Shown: positions 33,849 through 43,671 of the stretch, piece after piece | Numbering within the stretch: the stretch's first letter is position 1 | Layout of the letters: every line of letters begins with the position of its first letter | Source: Patescibacteria group bacterium | GTDB lineage: Bacteria; Patescibacteriota; Patescibacteriia; Patescibacteriales; JBAZCA01 | Direction of reading: 5' to 3' | Length of the DNA: 64,000 nucleotides | Assembly: GCA_041661505.1 (NCBI GenBank) | Contig: JBAZUF010000006.1 | Span: 311 to 64,310, forward strand | Translations under genes and position numbers: made by a program | Notes under the pieces: generated by a model | Told to the model about the DNA's origin: nothing | Database searches by the model: none | What the model saw: only the letters and a program-made list of their open reading frames with translations

Positions 33849-34875
33849 AAATTATCAGGCCGATGGCGGCTGAAACCCAGCCAATCACCCAAAAGCGCAT
33901 GACGATTTTCGGCTCGCTCCACCCCAGGGCTTCAAGGTGGTGGTGGAACGGAGAGGATATAAATACTTTTTTTCCGCCCCTTAATTTTTTGGAAAGAATT
34001 TGGATTATAGTTGAGGCGGCTTCGATGACAAAAACCAGCCCCACAAACGGCAGGATGAAAACCGTGTTGGTATATATGGCCACCAAAGCTAAAGTAATAC
34101 CCAAGGAAATTGATCCGGTATCGCCCATAATAAAGCGGGCCGGGTTGATGTTAAACCATAAAAAGGCCAAGAGCGCGCCGACGATTACGGCGCAAAAAAC
34201 CGCCAAGTCGTATTTGCCCATGATAAACGCGATAATTGAGTAAGTGGTAAAAGAGCTTAATAATATGCCGCCGGCCAGCCCGTCTAGCCCGTCGGTTTGG
34301 TTAACGGCAAAAGCGGTCCCGACTACAACGGCGATGAAAAAAATAATGTAAAATCCGCCTAAGGCATAAGTTCCTAAAAACGGAACATGGACGATGTCCC
34401 AGCTTAGCTTAAAGTAAAACCAAAGCGCGCCGACCAAGGCGATAACCGCGTAGATCGCCAGTTTGTGGCTGAATTTAATTCCCCGGTTTTTATAGCCCCG
34501 CCGCCGCACATCAAGATAGTCATCGAATAAGCCGACCGCCGCGGAAGAAACAAGACAGCCTAAAGGCAGCCAGGTTTCCGACCGGGAAAGGAAATTCAGT
34601 CTGGCGAATAAATTTTGCGGCCATAGCTTGGCCAAATAAAAAAAGCCTAAGCCGAATAGGAGCGTCGTTACCCAGACTAAAATCCCGCCCATAGTCGGAG
34701 TGCCGGATTTATGGGCATGGAGCCGGGAAAAAATCGGCGTCGAGCCGTCGTTCCGGATTTGCTTCCCCAGCCGGTATTTGTAGACAAAATGAGTAAAGAG
34801 CGGGGTCCAGGCGATAGTAAAAATAAAAGCGAATGAACTGAAAAAAAGCGCCCGGATAATTTGGAAGTCAGACAT
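33826..34875 (-). CDS. mraY: phospho-N-acetylmuramoyl-pentapeptide transferase
   Basis: Motifs KSGTPTMGG, NQTDGLDGLA, GDTGSISLG and PFHHHLE. Confidence 0.95.
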   Translation of the reverse strand: MSDFQIIRALFFSSFAFIFTIAWTPLFTHFVYKYRLGKQIRNDGSTPIFSRLHAHKSGTPTMGGILVWVTTLLFGLGFFYLAKLWPQNLFARLNFLSRSETWLPLGCLVSSAAVGLFDDYLDVRRRGYKNRGIKFSHKLAIYAVIALVGALWFYFKLSWDIVHVPFLGTYALGGFYIIFFIAVVVGTAFAVNQTDGLDGLAGGILLSSFTTYSIIAFIMGKYDLAVFCAVIVGALLAFLWFNINPARFIMGDTGSISLGITLALVAIYTNTVFILPFVGLVFVIEAASTIIQILSKKLRGGKKVFISSPFHHHLEALGWSEPKIVMRFWVIGWVSAAIGLIIFVLDKQF

Positions 34876-34883
34876 AATAAAAA

Positions 34884-35300
34884 TTATCTGAAATTGATAA
34901 TGTAAATAAGGCCTAATGAAAGCAAAAGATAGGCGTTCGCGGCCAGGCTGGCAAAGATAAGGAGGTAGGAAAAATATTTTCTATCCTTTTTAACTATCAT
35001 TGAAACTACTGCGTTTGCCGTTAAAATTACCAGCCCGAGCACCGGAATAACATAAAGCTTGTTTAAGCCGCCGATCAAATCGATTCCCGAATTTACGTTA
35101 TAATGGAGGATTAAGAGGTCTTGGCTGGAGCTTTTAATAATGGCGAATGAAAAAACCAGGCTAAGAATGATAAATAACAAAACCAGCCCGGAAAGGGGTT
35201 TTATATAAGGGAGATTCAGCCAATCCTGAAAATTTTCCTTCGCTGCCTGCCGAAGGAGATAGAAGTCAGGCAATTTTACCGAATGGAAGATGTCTTTCAT
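34884..35300 (-). CDS. hypothetical membrane protein (138 aa, about 3 TM)
   Basis: ORF and hydrophobic segments only. Confidence 0.45.
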   Translation of the reverse strand: MKDIFHSVKLPDFYLLRQAAKENFQDWLNLPYIKPLSGLVLLFIILSLVFSFAIIKSSSQDLLILHYNVNSGIDLIGGLNKLYVIPVLGLVILTANAVVSMIVKKDRKYFSYLLIFASLAANAYLLLSLGLIYIINFR

Positions 35301-35363
35301 CTGTTTGGCGGCATAATTTAAGTTTACGGCGCTAAAAACAATCTACCATAAATTTACGAAAAA

Positions 35364-35392
35364 TTGAAGGGCGGGTGAAGTTATGGTATAAT
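35364..35392 (+). promoter_or_regulatory. promoter of the pilus operon (TTGAAG - 17 nt - TGgTATAAT)
   Basis: TTGAAG at 35364-35369, TG at 35384-35385, TATAAT at 35387-35392. Confidence 0.65.
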
Positions 35393-35467
35393 TTCATTAA
35401 GCCTAACACCCCGGCAAAGGGTTTCTCCGGCATGGGGTTTTGAATGAGGCCGTAAAAAATTTTCGGT

Positions 35468-37189
35468 ATGTTTACAGACCCCCAGCTAAAAAAAATTCTC
35501 CTGTTCAATAAAATTTTATCGGAAAAAGAATTTGCCGAGGTGGAAAATGAATCCCGCAAAAAAGACAAAAAAATCGAAAACTACCTCTTTGAAAAAAAAA
35601 TCCTAAACGTTAATTCGCTTTATGACTGCGCCGCTAAATATTATAAAGTCCCTTTTATCAATTTAAAAGACCGGGCGGTTAGAAAAGATATTTTAACTTT
35701 ATTGCCCGAGCCGCTCGCTTCCGCCCACCGGGTTGTTTCCTTTGACGCCAATGATAAAGAGATTATGATTGCCTGCCTTGATCCGAGCGATATCCAGACG
35801 TTCGAATTTATTAAAAAGAAAACCGGACTGGAGCCGAAGATTCATCTCACCCTGCCGGAATGCATAGAGGATGTTCTAAAGGCTTACCACAAAAGCCTGA
35901 AAGCCGAATTCGGCGATATTCATGACGGGAAGTTTTTAGAAAACGAAGGCGATCTAAAAAAGATGGCGGCCGATTTGCCGATTGTCCGGGTGGTTGATAC
36001 CCTTTTGGAATACGCGATTTACGAAGAAGCGTCCGATATCCATATCGAACCGGAAGAAAAGGATTTGATTGTCCGCTACCGGATCGACGGAATCTTAAAT
36101 ACGGTAATGACCCTACCTAAAGAATTGCAGGCCGGAATTAACGCGAGAATCAAGGTGCTTTCCAATCTTAAAGTAGATGAGCACCGCCTGCCCCAGGACG
36201 GCCGCTTTAAAATCTCAAACGCCGATTACAAAATTTCTTTCCGCGTTTCCATTATCCCGACTTTTGACGGGGAAAAAATCGTTTTGCGGCTGTTAAACGA
36301 AAAATCGCAGGTCTTATCTTTAGAACAGCTTGGATTGCAGACCCGCTGTCTGGAGATGGTAAAAGCCAATCTGGGAAAGCCCCAGGGCATGTTTTTAGTA
36401 ACCGGGCCGACCGGCTCGGGAAAAACCACTACCCTGTACACCGTCCTAAACATGTTAAACAAGCCGGAAGTGAATATTTCCACGATTGAAGACCCGATTG
36501 AATACCGGATGCCGCACATTAACCAATCGCAGGTCAACCCTAAAATCGGATTTACTTTTGCCATGGGTTTGCGCGCGTTTTTGCGCCAGGATCCCAATAT
36601 TATTATGGTCGGCGAAATCCGCGATTCTGAAACCGCCGAAATCGCGGTCCATGCCGCTATGACCGGCCACTTAGTCTTATCCACCCTGCATACCAATGAT
36701 GCTATCACTACCCTGCCCCGGCTTTCAGAAATGGGAGTGCCGAATTTCCTGGTTGCTTCGACCGTAAATCTGATTATCGCCCAGCGCCTCGTCCGAAAGA
36801 TTTGCCCGAACTGCATCCAAAGCTATAACCTTACCGCGGAAGTGATTGATGACATAAAAAAACAGCTGAACATAAATAATATTCTGCAGATACTGGAAAA
36901 GGAAAAAGTAATCGCTGACGCTAAAAAAGGGCTTGAGTCCATGCTCTTTTATCGCGGCAAAGGCTGCGTTAAATGCAAGAATTCGGGGTACAAAGGCCGG
37001 ATCGGGATTTATGAAACGCTGGAGGTTAACGACGCGGTTTCCAACCTGCTTTTGAAAAAAGCCGATCTAACGCAAATTCAGGAAGAGGCGGCAAAGCAAG
37101 GCATGCTTTATATGGTTGAAGACGGCTTTATAAAAGCTAAAAACGGCATTACGACTATCGAAGAAATTTTGCGGGTAACCCGCGAATAA
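35468..37189 (+). CDS. pilB: type IV pilus assembly ATPase (GspE/PilB family)
   Basis: Walker A GPTGSGKTTTLY, Asp/His boxes, and the tetracysteine motif CPNC...CVKC. Confidence 0.9.
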   Translation: MFTDPQLKKILLFNKILSEKEFAEVENESRKKDKKIENYLFEKKILNVNSLYDCAAKYYKVPFINLKDRAVRKDILTLLPEPLASAHRVVSFDANDKEIMIACLDPSDIQTFEFIKKKTGLEPKIHLTLPECIEDVLKAYHKSLKAEFGDIHDGKFLENEGDLKKMAADLPIVRVVDTLLEYAIYEEASDIHIEPEEKDLIVRYRIDGILNTVMTLPKELQAGINARIKVLSNLKVDEHRLPQDGRFKISNADYKISFRVSIIPTFDGEKIVLRLLNEKSQVLSLEQLGLQTRCLEMVKANLGKPQGMFLVTGPTGSGKTTTLYTVLNMLNKPEVNISTIEDPIEYRMPHINQSQVNPKIGFTFAMGLRAFLRQDPNIIMVGEIRDSETAEIAVHAAMTGHLVLSTLHTNDAITTLPRLSEMGVPNFLVASTVNLIIAQRLVRKICPNCIQSYNLTAEVIDDIKKQLNINNILQILEKEKVIADAKKGLESMLFYRGKGCVKCKNSGYKGRIGIYETLEVNDAVSNLLLKKADLTQIQEEAAKQGMLYMVEDGFIKAKNGITTIEEILRVTRE

Positions 37190-37222
37190 TAAAAACAGGC
37201 CTATAAAACCGAAAAAAATTCT

Positions 37223-38353
37223 ATGGCAGTTACACTAAAAAACGTTAAGACCGAGCCGGAAAATCCGCCAAAAGAAAGCGCCGGCCAGAAGGTCAACAAT
37301 TTCCTTTTAAAAATCTCCTCGGTTCCGGGAAAGGAAAAATTATTTTTTCTCCGCAACCTGGGCGTGATGCTGAAGGCCGGTATTCCCCTCTCTTCGGCCC
37401 TAAAAACTTTATCCGCCCAGACGACTAACAAAAAATTTAAAAATATTTTAACCGAGGTTTCCTTAAAAGTGGAAAAAGGCTTAAGCTTCCATGAAAGCCT
37501 CGAGCCTTATAAAAATATTTTCGGCGAGCTTTTTATTAACATGATTGAAGCCGGAGAAGTATCGGGAAAACTGGAAGAAGTTTTGGGGCAAATTTATATC
37601 CAATCGAAAAGGAGTTATGAGCTAAAGTCAAAAGTTAGAAGCGCCCTGGCTTATCCGGTAATAGTTTTAATCGCTATGGGCGGGATTGGATCATTCATGA
37701 TTATTTTCATAGTCCCGAAAATTACTGATATGTTTTCCAGTTTTAACGCCGAGCTTCCCCTGCCGACAAGAATATTAATCGCTGTTTCAAACGGCATCGT
37801 TAAGAACGGCGTATTAAGCGCCATAATTTTCGTGGCCGTAGTAGCGGGATTGGTGCTGGGGTTAAGAACCAGGCGGGGAAAATATTTATTCCAGTATCTG
37901 ATTCTGCGCCTGCCGACGGTAGCCCCAATCGTAAAAAAAGTAAATCTGGCCAATTTTTCAAGAACTTTAAGCTCGCTTTTAAAAACTGACATAATGATAA
38001 TTAAATCCTTCCAAATCGCCGCCAGCGTAACCGGCAACCTGTATTACCGCGACGCCTTAAACCAAATAAGCGAGAAAATCAGAAAAGGCGGAAAAATAAG
38101 CGACACTTTGTCCAGCTATGGCGCTTTGTTCCCGCCGCTCGTTACGCAGATGGTCGCGGTCGGCGAAGAAACCGGAGAACTGGACAGTATTTTGGAAGAA
38201 CTGGCCCAATTCTACGAAGAAGAAGTGTTCCAAATTATGGAGACTCTCCCCTCTTTAATCGAACCGATTTTAATTTTGGTCCTCGGTTGCGGAATCGGCG
38301 CTATGGCCGTTGCTATAATCGCGCCGATGTATAGTTTGACTTCCGCCGTATGA
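37223..38353 (+). CDS. pilC: type IV pilus platform protein (GspF/PilC family)
   Basis: Duplicated T2SSF-type domains with motifs LSSLLKTDIMIIKSF and VAVGEETGELD. Confidence 0.9.
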   Translation: MAVTLKNVKTEPENPPKESAGQKVNNFLLKISSVPGKEKLFFLRNLGVMLKAGIPLSSALKTLSAQTTNKKFKNILTEVSLKVEKGLSFHESLEPYKNIFGELFINMIEAGEVSGKLEEVLGQIYIQSKRSYELKSKVRSALAYPVIVLIAMGGIGSFMIIFIVPKITDMFSSFNAELPLPTRILIAVSNGIVKNGVLSAIIFVAVVAGLVLGLRTRRGKYLFQYLILRLPTVAPIVKKVNLANFSRTLSSLLKTDIMIIKSFQIAASVTGNLYYRDALNQISEKIRKGGKISDTLSSYGALFPPLVTQMVAVGEETGELDSILEELAQFYEEEVFQIMETLPSLIEPILILVLGCGIGAMAVAIIAPMYSLTSAV

Positions 38354-38817
38354 AATATGGTAATTTTTTTTCAAGTCGCCGGCGCGCGTTTACTGTTTAT
38401 GAAATTTTAATTGTTATCGGCATTATTGTTCTTTTGTCGGCGATTACGATACCTTATATAAATAAGTTCCAGCCAAATCTAAAATTAAACGCGGCGGCAA
38501 GGGGCTTAACCGCCGATCTGCGCTATGCCCAGCAATTAACTATTACCGAGCAGGTACTCCATCTAGTGAGCTTAGACATTGCCAGCGGCTCCTACAGCCT
38601 GTTAAGAGTTGATGCCGCCACCACTACGGTGAAAAGCGTCGACTTGCCGCTAAGCGTAAGCTTTAACGCGGCCAGCACGACGGTTTCCCAGGTCCGGTTC
38701 AATTCATACGGAGGAGTAGTTTCCGGCTCGGTCGGTCAGATATTCCTAACCAACACGAACAGTAAAAACCAATTAATCAATATCAAGCCGTCCGGTTATG
38801 TCGAACTCTCTAATTAA
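38350..38817 (+). CDS. minor pilin, GspH/FimT-like, with Ala at the -1 position of the prepilin motif
   Basis: RRRA-FTVYE-ILIVIGIIVLL and LNAAARGLTADLRYAQ. The start overlaps the pilC stop (ATGA). Confidence 0.7.
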   Translation: MKYGNFFSSRRRAFTVYEILIVIGIIVLLSAITIPYINKFQPNLKLNAAARGLTADLRYAQQLTITEQVLHLVSLDIASGSYSLLRVDAATTTVKSVDLPLSVSFNAASTTVSQVRFNSYGGVVSGSVGQIFLTNTNSKNQLINIKPSGYVELSN

Positions 38818-39229
38818 AGGCCAAAAAGGAATTTCTTTAATCGAAATAATGGTATCGATTTTAATTATTTCGATAGCTTTTGCCGGCTTGATGCAGGCCT
38901 TCCCTTTAGGCTTGTCGATTAACCGCGAATCGGAGAACGCGACTTTAGCCGCTTTTTTAGCCCAGACTAAATTGGAAGAGCTTTTTTCAGCTGATTATGA
39001 CGATATTGCCGCCGGAACCATAGAGGCTAAGCATAGCCTGTCTTCCGATCCTAATGATTATTTATCCGGCTATCAGCGCCAGACAGTCGTTTCTTTAGTT
39101 GACGGGGATTTGAATTCTTCGGCGGCTGACGTCGGGCTAAAAAAAGCGATAGTCACGGTCTTCTACCAGGACGCGATTTTCAAAAAAGAGAAGAGCTATT
39201 TTATCACTTCCCTAATCTCAAAGAAATAA
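38798..39229 (+). CDS. minor pilin, PilV-like
   Basis: Prepilin motif KG-ISLIE-IMVSILIISIAF. Confidence 0.7.
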   Translation: MSNSLIKGQKGISLIEIMVSILIISIAFAGLMQAFPLGLSINRESENATLAAFLAQTKLEELFSADYDDIAAGTIEAKHSLSSDPNDYLSGYQRQTVVSLVDGDLNSSAADVGLKKAIVTVFYQDAIFKKEKSYFITSLISKK

Positions 39230-39231
39230 TT

Positions 39232-39801
39232 ATGCGCATCCCGGAAAAAGGATTTACAATTCTGGAAATTACGGTCTCAATGTTTCTTTTTACTTTCGTA
39301 ATTATCCTGGTCGGCTCAAGCTTTATAATAGCCCAAAAAGCCTATAATAAAGGAGCTACGGAAAATGAGCTGACTCAAAATATCCGCGTCTGCCTTGACC
39401 GGATTACCCGGGAAGTCCGCCAATCGGTGCAGATTATAACCCTCCTTCCGGCGGTTGCTACCGACCCGGAAAACCCGCCTTCTAACGAAATTATCTTCCA
39501 GGACGGCCACAACATCTCGCAAATTACCTATCTTCGCTATTATATCGACGGCTCGAATATAAAGCGCAAGCATTATGCTTTTTATTTTGATGATGACCCG
39601 GCGGTTTACGTAACTCATAACAGCACCGACGCTTATGGCAACCCGCCCAGCGAAATATCCCTTTCTGATGATATTATCGGGGAATACGCCGAGGATATGA
39701 AGTTTTGGGGGACGGACGGGCATATTTTTTTATCTCTTTCCCTAACCAAAAACCAAAAAACCATAAAAATCGATACCAGCATTTACAGCCGCAATGAGTG
39801 A
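39232..39801 (+). CDS. minor pilin, PilW-like
   Basis: Prepilin motif KG-FTILE-ITVSMFLF. Confidence 0.65.
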   Translation: MRIPEKGFTILEITVSMFLFTFVIILVGSSFIIAQKAYNKGATENELTQNIRVCLDRITREVRQSVQIITLLPAVATDPENPPSNEIIFQDGHNISQITYLRYYIDGSNIKRKHYAFYFDDDPAVYVTHNSTDAYGNPPSEISLSDDIIGEYAEDMKFWGTDGHIFLSLSLTKNQKTIKIDTSIYSRNE

Positions 39802-39837
39802 TTCAGTGCGAATAACTAGAAATAAAATAACCGATAT

Positions 39838-41079
39838 ATGCTTAGAGAAAAGCTAGCTAATGACAACCGGGGAGTAGCGCTGCTTTTAACGGTCTTGACG
39901 ACCATTATTATTTTATTTCTGGCCATTTATTACTTAAGCTTTACCCTTACCGAAAACAAAATTTCGAAAAGCCAGATTTACGGAGTCAAAACATATTATC
40001 TGGCCGAAGCAGGAATTGCCGACATGATTTGGAAATTGAAAAATGACGAAAGCTATAAAACCAGCTTCGAAACCAATCCCGCCTGGTCGGAAAATTTTAC
40101 CCGGACTAACCCCTTTGGCAGCGGCACCGGTTCATACACCGTAAGCATTGCCAATTCCAATCTGGCGCGGGGAGAAATCACTTCTACCGGGATTTTTGAT
40201 GCTGGCGGCGGAAAAATTAGCCAGCGGATCATTAAAACCCAGGTTTATAAAGCTATGGGCACATCCGGAATCGGCTCCAACCCCGGGTACGCTGACGGGA
40301 ATATCGACATTAACGGCAGTCTGGTGGATTTTCATAATGGCAGCGCCCATTCAAACGGAAATTTTATCGTAAACGGCGCCAGTACGGTAGATATTGATGC
40401 TGACTTGGAAGCTGTAGGTAATTTTAACAAAGTATGGTTTTCGACGGTAAACGTGGCAGGCGCCACCCACGCCGCGAATTACCCTCCGGCCGCCGCGCCG
40501 ATTCCAATGCCGGCCATAGATTTTGATTCGGCTGATTCCAATTCCTATAAAAATAAGGCAACAGTCGTCTATACTGAAACCCAGTTTGCTAATTTAATTA
40601 AAAACAACAGGGATTTAAATTTACCGGGGCCGATTACTTATGTGTCCGGAAATGTGAATGTCCGCGGCGATGAAAACCTTACTATTAACGGCTTGCTGGT
40701 TGTAGAAAGGGATTTCGTTATCGGCCAATACTGGTGCTTGGGTTTTAGGTGCGGAAACAGTTCCGTTACGGTTAATCACGCGGAGGGGACAGCTTCAGGA
40801 ATTTTAGCCAAGAGAAAAATTAATTTTCAAAGTTTTACCGACAGCGTGAATATTAACGGACTTGTCTATGCTAACGACTCTTTTGACATTTCGAGCGTCC
40901 CTCTTTTCGGCGGGACATCTTTTAATATTACCGGAGCCGCGGTCGGGAGGAAGCTTTCGATTTTTAGCTGCTGGCAGGATATTAACATTACTTTTAACAA
41001 TGAATACGTTACTGAAGCTTTAGGCGGAGGCTTGTTTTCACCAGTTATAACGGTCGAACATTGGGAAGAAGAATATTAG
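39838..41079 (+). CDS. PilX-like large minor pilin / putative tip protein (413 aa)
   Basis: NRG-VALLLTVLTTIIILFL N-terminus without Glu5, followed by a long Gly/Asn/Ala-rich C-terminal domain. Confidence 0.55.
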   Translation: MLREKLANDNRGVALLLTVLTTIIILFLAIYYLSFTLTENKISKSQIYGVKTYYLAEAGIADMIWKLKNDESYKTSFETNPAWSENFTRTNPFGSGTGSYTVSIANSNLARGEITSTGIFDAGGGKISQRIIKTQVYKAMGTSGIGSNPGYADGNIDINGSLVDFHNGSAHSNGNFIVNGASTVDIDADLEAVGNFNKVWFSTVNVAGATHAANYPPAAAPIPMPAIDFDSADSNSYKNKATVVYTETQFANLIKNNRDLNLPGPITYVSGNVNVRGDENLTINGLLVVERDFVIGQYWCLGFRCGNSSVTVNHAEGTASGILAKRKINFQSFTDSVNINGLVYANDSFDISSVPLFGGTSFNITGAAVGRKLSIFSCWQDINITFNNEYVTEALGGGLFSPVITVEHWEEEY

Positions 41080-41130
41080 TATGGTATAATATTAAATGGA
41101 AAACGCTAAAATTTTCATATTTTTATATTT

Positions 41131-42276
41131 ATGTTTTTTGCCCCAAAAGTAATTTATCCGATCGGATTAGACATATCCGATCTTTCTATAAAATTGATTC
41201 AGCTGACAAAAATCCGGGATAAAATAAAAATTAGCGCCGTAGGCTGCGCCAGGCTCCAGCCGGGAATTATCGAGAAAGGGGAAATTATAAAAGAAGACAT
41301 ATTGGAAAAGGAAATTTTAAAGCTTTTAGCTTCGCCCCAGTACGGGAAAGTTGAATCAGACGAAGTTATCGCTTGCCTGCCGGAAACCCAGACTTTCATC
41401 AAGCTAATTGACGTAGAAAAAAAGAAAAATCTTGATGAGCCGATTAAAGAGGAAATAGAGAAGCACATTCCTATTCCTATAGAAGAGCTGTATTTTGACT
41501 ATCAGGTTATCGAAGAAAAAATAACTGAAGCCTCGGTATTAATCGGCGCGGCGCCGAAGAAAGTCGTTGATAAATTCACTTCCCTTTTGGATAAAATCAA
41601 CCTTTCAGTCATTGCCCTGGAAATTGAGCCGATAAGCATATGCCGGGCGCTATTATTGGAAGAGGGGCGGAAAAACAAAGGCAAACATGAAAAAAACTAC
41701 TGCCTTTTGGACATTGGAGCAAAAAGGGCCAGCCTTACCGTCTATTCAAAAAATTCCATACTTTTTTCCATGAGCCTCCCTATCTCCGGCGAGGAAATAA
41801 CCGATACCATCGAGAAAAAAATAAAACTTAACCGCGAACAGGCCGAAAAGGCCAAGATTATCTGCGGTTTGGACAAAGAAAAGGCCGAAGGCGCCGTAAA
41901 AGCCATATTAGCGGAACACATGGGAAAGCTTTTATCGAGAATAAAAGAATCGCTCGATTTTTACTTGATGCATTATGCCGAATACGGCCCAATCGATAAA
42001 ATCATCCTGTGCGGCGGCGGCGGCAATATAAGAGATTTGCCCGCCTATTTGTCAGAGGAATTAAAAATTGATGCTATTGTCGGCGATCCTTTCGTTAATA
42101 TCGGAGGGGATAAGGAAAAATACGGAGGCGCTTTTTTAGAAAAATTTAATATTGACGCGAAAAAAACCAAGGGAAAAGAACCGGTCCGGAGTAAATCCCT
42201 TATGCAGGGAAAAGAACTTACCTATACGACGGCTATCGGCCTTGGCCTAAGGGAGGTTTTTATTGACGAGATGTAA
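41131..42276 (+). CDS. pilM: type IV pilus assembly protein PilM (actin-like ATPase fold)
   Basis: Motifs IGLDISDLSIKLIQL and LLDIGAKRASLTVY, with GGGGNIRDL near the C-terminus. Confidence 0.8.
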   Translation: MFFAPKVIYPIGLDISDLSIKLIQLTKIRDKIKISAVGCARLQPGIIEKGEIIKEDILEKEILKLLASPQYGKVESDEVIACLPETQTFIKLIDVEKKKNLDEPIKEEIEKHIPIPIEELYFDYQVIEEKITEASVLIGAAPKKVVDKFTSLLDKINLSVIALEIEPISICRALLLEEGRKNKGKHEKNYCLLDIGAKRASLTVYSKNSILFSMSLPISGEEITDTIEKKIKLNREQAEKAKIICGLDKEKAEGAVKAILAEHMGKLLSRIKESLDFYLMHYAEYGPIDKIILCGGGGNIRDLPAYLSEELKIDAIVGDPFVNIGGDKEKYGGAFLEKFNIDAKKTKGKEPVRSKSLMQGKELTYTTAIGLGLREVFIDEM

Positions 42277-42292
42277 TTTTCGGAAAATAAAT

Positions 42293-42829
42293 ATGCTGAA
42301 TATCAACCTGGTCTCCGAAGAGCTAAAAAGAGAAATAAGCCTAAGAAGGATTTACGTTATCTTAAAAAGGATTTCCTGCTATTTTATTTTTATTATCGTG
42401 GTTTATTCGATTGTCCTGGTTTTTGCCCGCCTTCTGGTGTCGATAAAATTCGAAGAAATTGTCGAGCAGACTACGCTAATTTCGAAAAATACCCAAAGCT
42501 ATAATTCAAGAGTCAAAGAAATAAATTCAAAAGTGGATTTTATTAAAGGAGTGCAGAATAATTTCATCCAGCTTTCCTGTTTTATAAAAGAATTGGACAA
42601 ATTATCCGGCCCGTCTTTATTGATTGAACAAATCATGTTTAATCGTGAAAAAGGGGTAGTAATATTATCCGGTAAAGCTAAAGAAAGGCAAGCGCTTCTC
42701 TATTTTAAGGATAAGCTGGGTTCTTCAGGGTATTTTACCGAAGTGGATCTGCCGCTTGAAAACCTTTTTACCAAAACCGATATTGATTTCGAAATCACGG
42801 CCAAAACTAATCTCGAAAATTTCAAATAA
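42293..42829 (+). CDS. pilN: PilN-like bitopic protein
   Basis: MLNINLVSEE... followed by a single TM segment. Position after pilM supports the call. The track ORF starts at TTG 42263. Confidence 0.6.
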   Translation: MLNINLVSEELKREISLRRIYVILKRISCYFIFIIVVYSIVLVFARLLVSIKFEEIVEQTTLISKNTQSYNSRVKEINSKVDFIKGVQNNFIQLSCFIKELDKLSGPSLLIEQIMFNREKGVVILSGKAKERQALLYFKDKLGSSGYFTEVDLPLENLFTKTDIDFEITAKTNLENFK

Positions 42830-43375
42830 ATGCTTAAATTTAATTTTAAAAAACTTGATTATACTAAAAAGATTACTATCATATCGGGGTTTTTGGTTCT
42901 TGTTTTGGCGGCTGTTATCGTTTGGGTGGATCTGCCAGCCGTAAAAAATATTAATAAAATGAAGGATGAAATTGAGTTCCAGCGGCTTGACCTCGAAAAA
43001 AAGTACGCCAAGAGCCAGCGGATAAAAAAAATGGCCTTAAGCCTGGGAAAAATTGAAAATGAAGTTTTGCGGCTGGATAAAGTTTTTATAAGCGAATACC
43101 GGGAATTGGAATTCATCACCCGGCTGGAGCAAATTGCCCAAAGCGATTCGGTTATCCAGGAAATTAATCTAAATAAGAGTGCCGTTATGGAGACCGGCGG
43201 CTTCCGGGCAGTCTATCTGTTTGCCCGCTGTCAAGGGAGTTACGAGAACCTGGTAAAATACCTAGAGGATATTGAAGCGCTGGATTACTATATTAATATA
43301 GAAGACCTGCAAATAACCAAAGGCGAAAATGAAGAATTCAGCTTAAACCTAAAGGCGCTTACGTACTGGCGCTAA
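42830..43375 (+). CDS. pilO: PilO-like bitopic protein
   Basis: Single TM segment plus coiled coil. Called from operon position. Confidence 0.5.
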   Translation: MLKFNFKKLDYTKKITIISGFLVLVLAAVIVWVDLPAVKNINKMKDEIEFQRLDLEKKYAKSQRIKKMALSLGKIENEVLRLDKVFISEYRELEFITRLEQIAQSDSVIQEINLNKSAVMETGGFRAVYLFARCQGSYENLVKYLEDIEALDYYINIEDLQITKGENEEFSLNLKALTYWR

Positions 43376-43380
43376 ATAAT

Positions 43381-43671
43381 ATGCAATTCTTAAAAAGCCC
43401 AAGAAAAATTTTGTATATTTTCTACTCCGCGCTGGTTTTAACCGCGCTCGCGGTTTTTGCCCAGCTTTGCTTCTTTATTCATAACAATATCTACCAAACT
43501 ATATATAATTCCGACCAAATATTAATCCTGCGGAGCATGGTGGCCATTGAACCGATAAACTTAAACGACTTTAACGAAGTAATTTCCAGTCTTCATGATA
43601 AGGGGCAAAAATGCGCGCGGGATAAAAAAACGCAGGCTTTACCGGAGTCGGCGGGAGAAGTAAAAGATTAA
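43381..43671 (+). CDS. hypothetical bitopic protein, last gene of the pilus operon
   Basis: ORF with an N-terminal TM segment. Confidence 0.4.
   Translation: MQFLKSPRKILYIFYSALVLTALAVFAQLCFFIHNNIYQTIYNSDQILILRSMVAIEPINLNDFNEVISSLHDKGQKCARDKKTQALPESAGEVKD

Noticed and set aside
35393-35467. c-di-GMP or other riboswitch in the pilB leader
   Set aside because: The roughly 75-nt leader has GC-rich pairings (CCCCGG...CCGG...GGGG). It is too short, however, and lacks the GEMM-I/II conserved nucleotides.
35332-35568. 78-aa minus-strand ORF spanning the pilus promoter and the pilB start
   Set aside because: It overlaps the predicted promoter and leader and the 5' end of pilB, and has no supporting signals.
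36226-36816. 196-aa antisense ORF inside pilB (similar cases at 59435-60031 inside the RND gene, 2217-2738 inside the DHFR-like gene, 1458-1844, 10245-10634 and 10723-11136)
   Set aside because: These ORFs lie fully within well-supported genes on the opposite strand and have low-complexity, Ser/Pro/Arg-rich translations. They are typical shadow ORFs.
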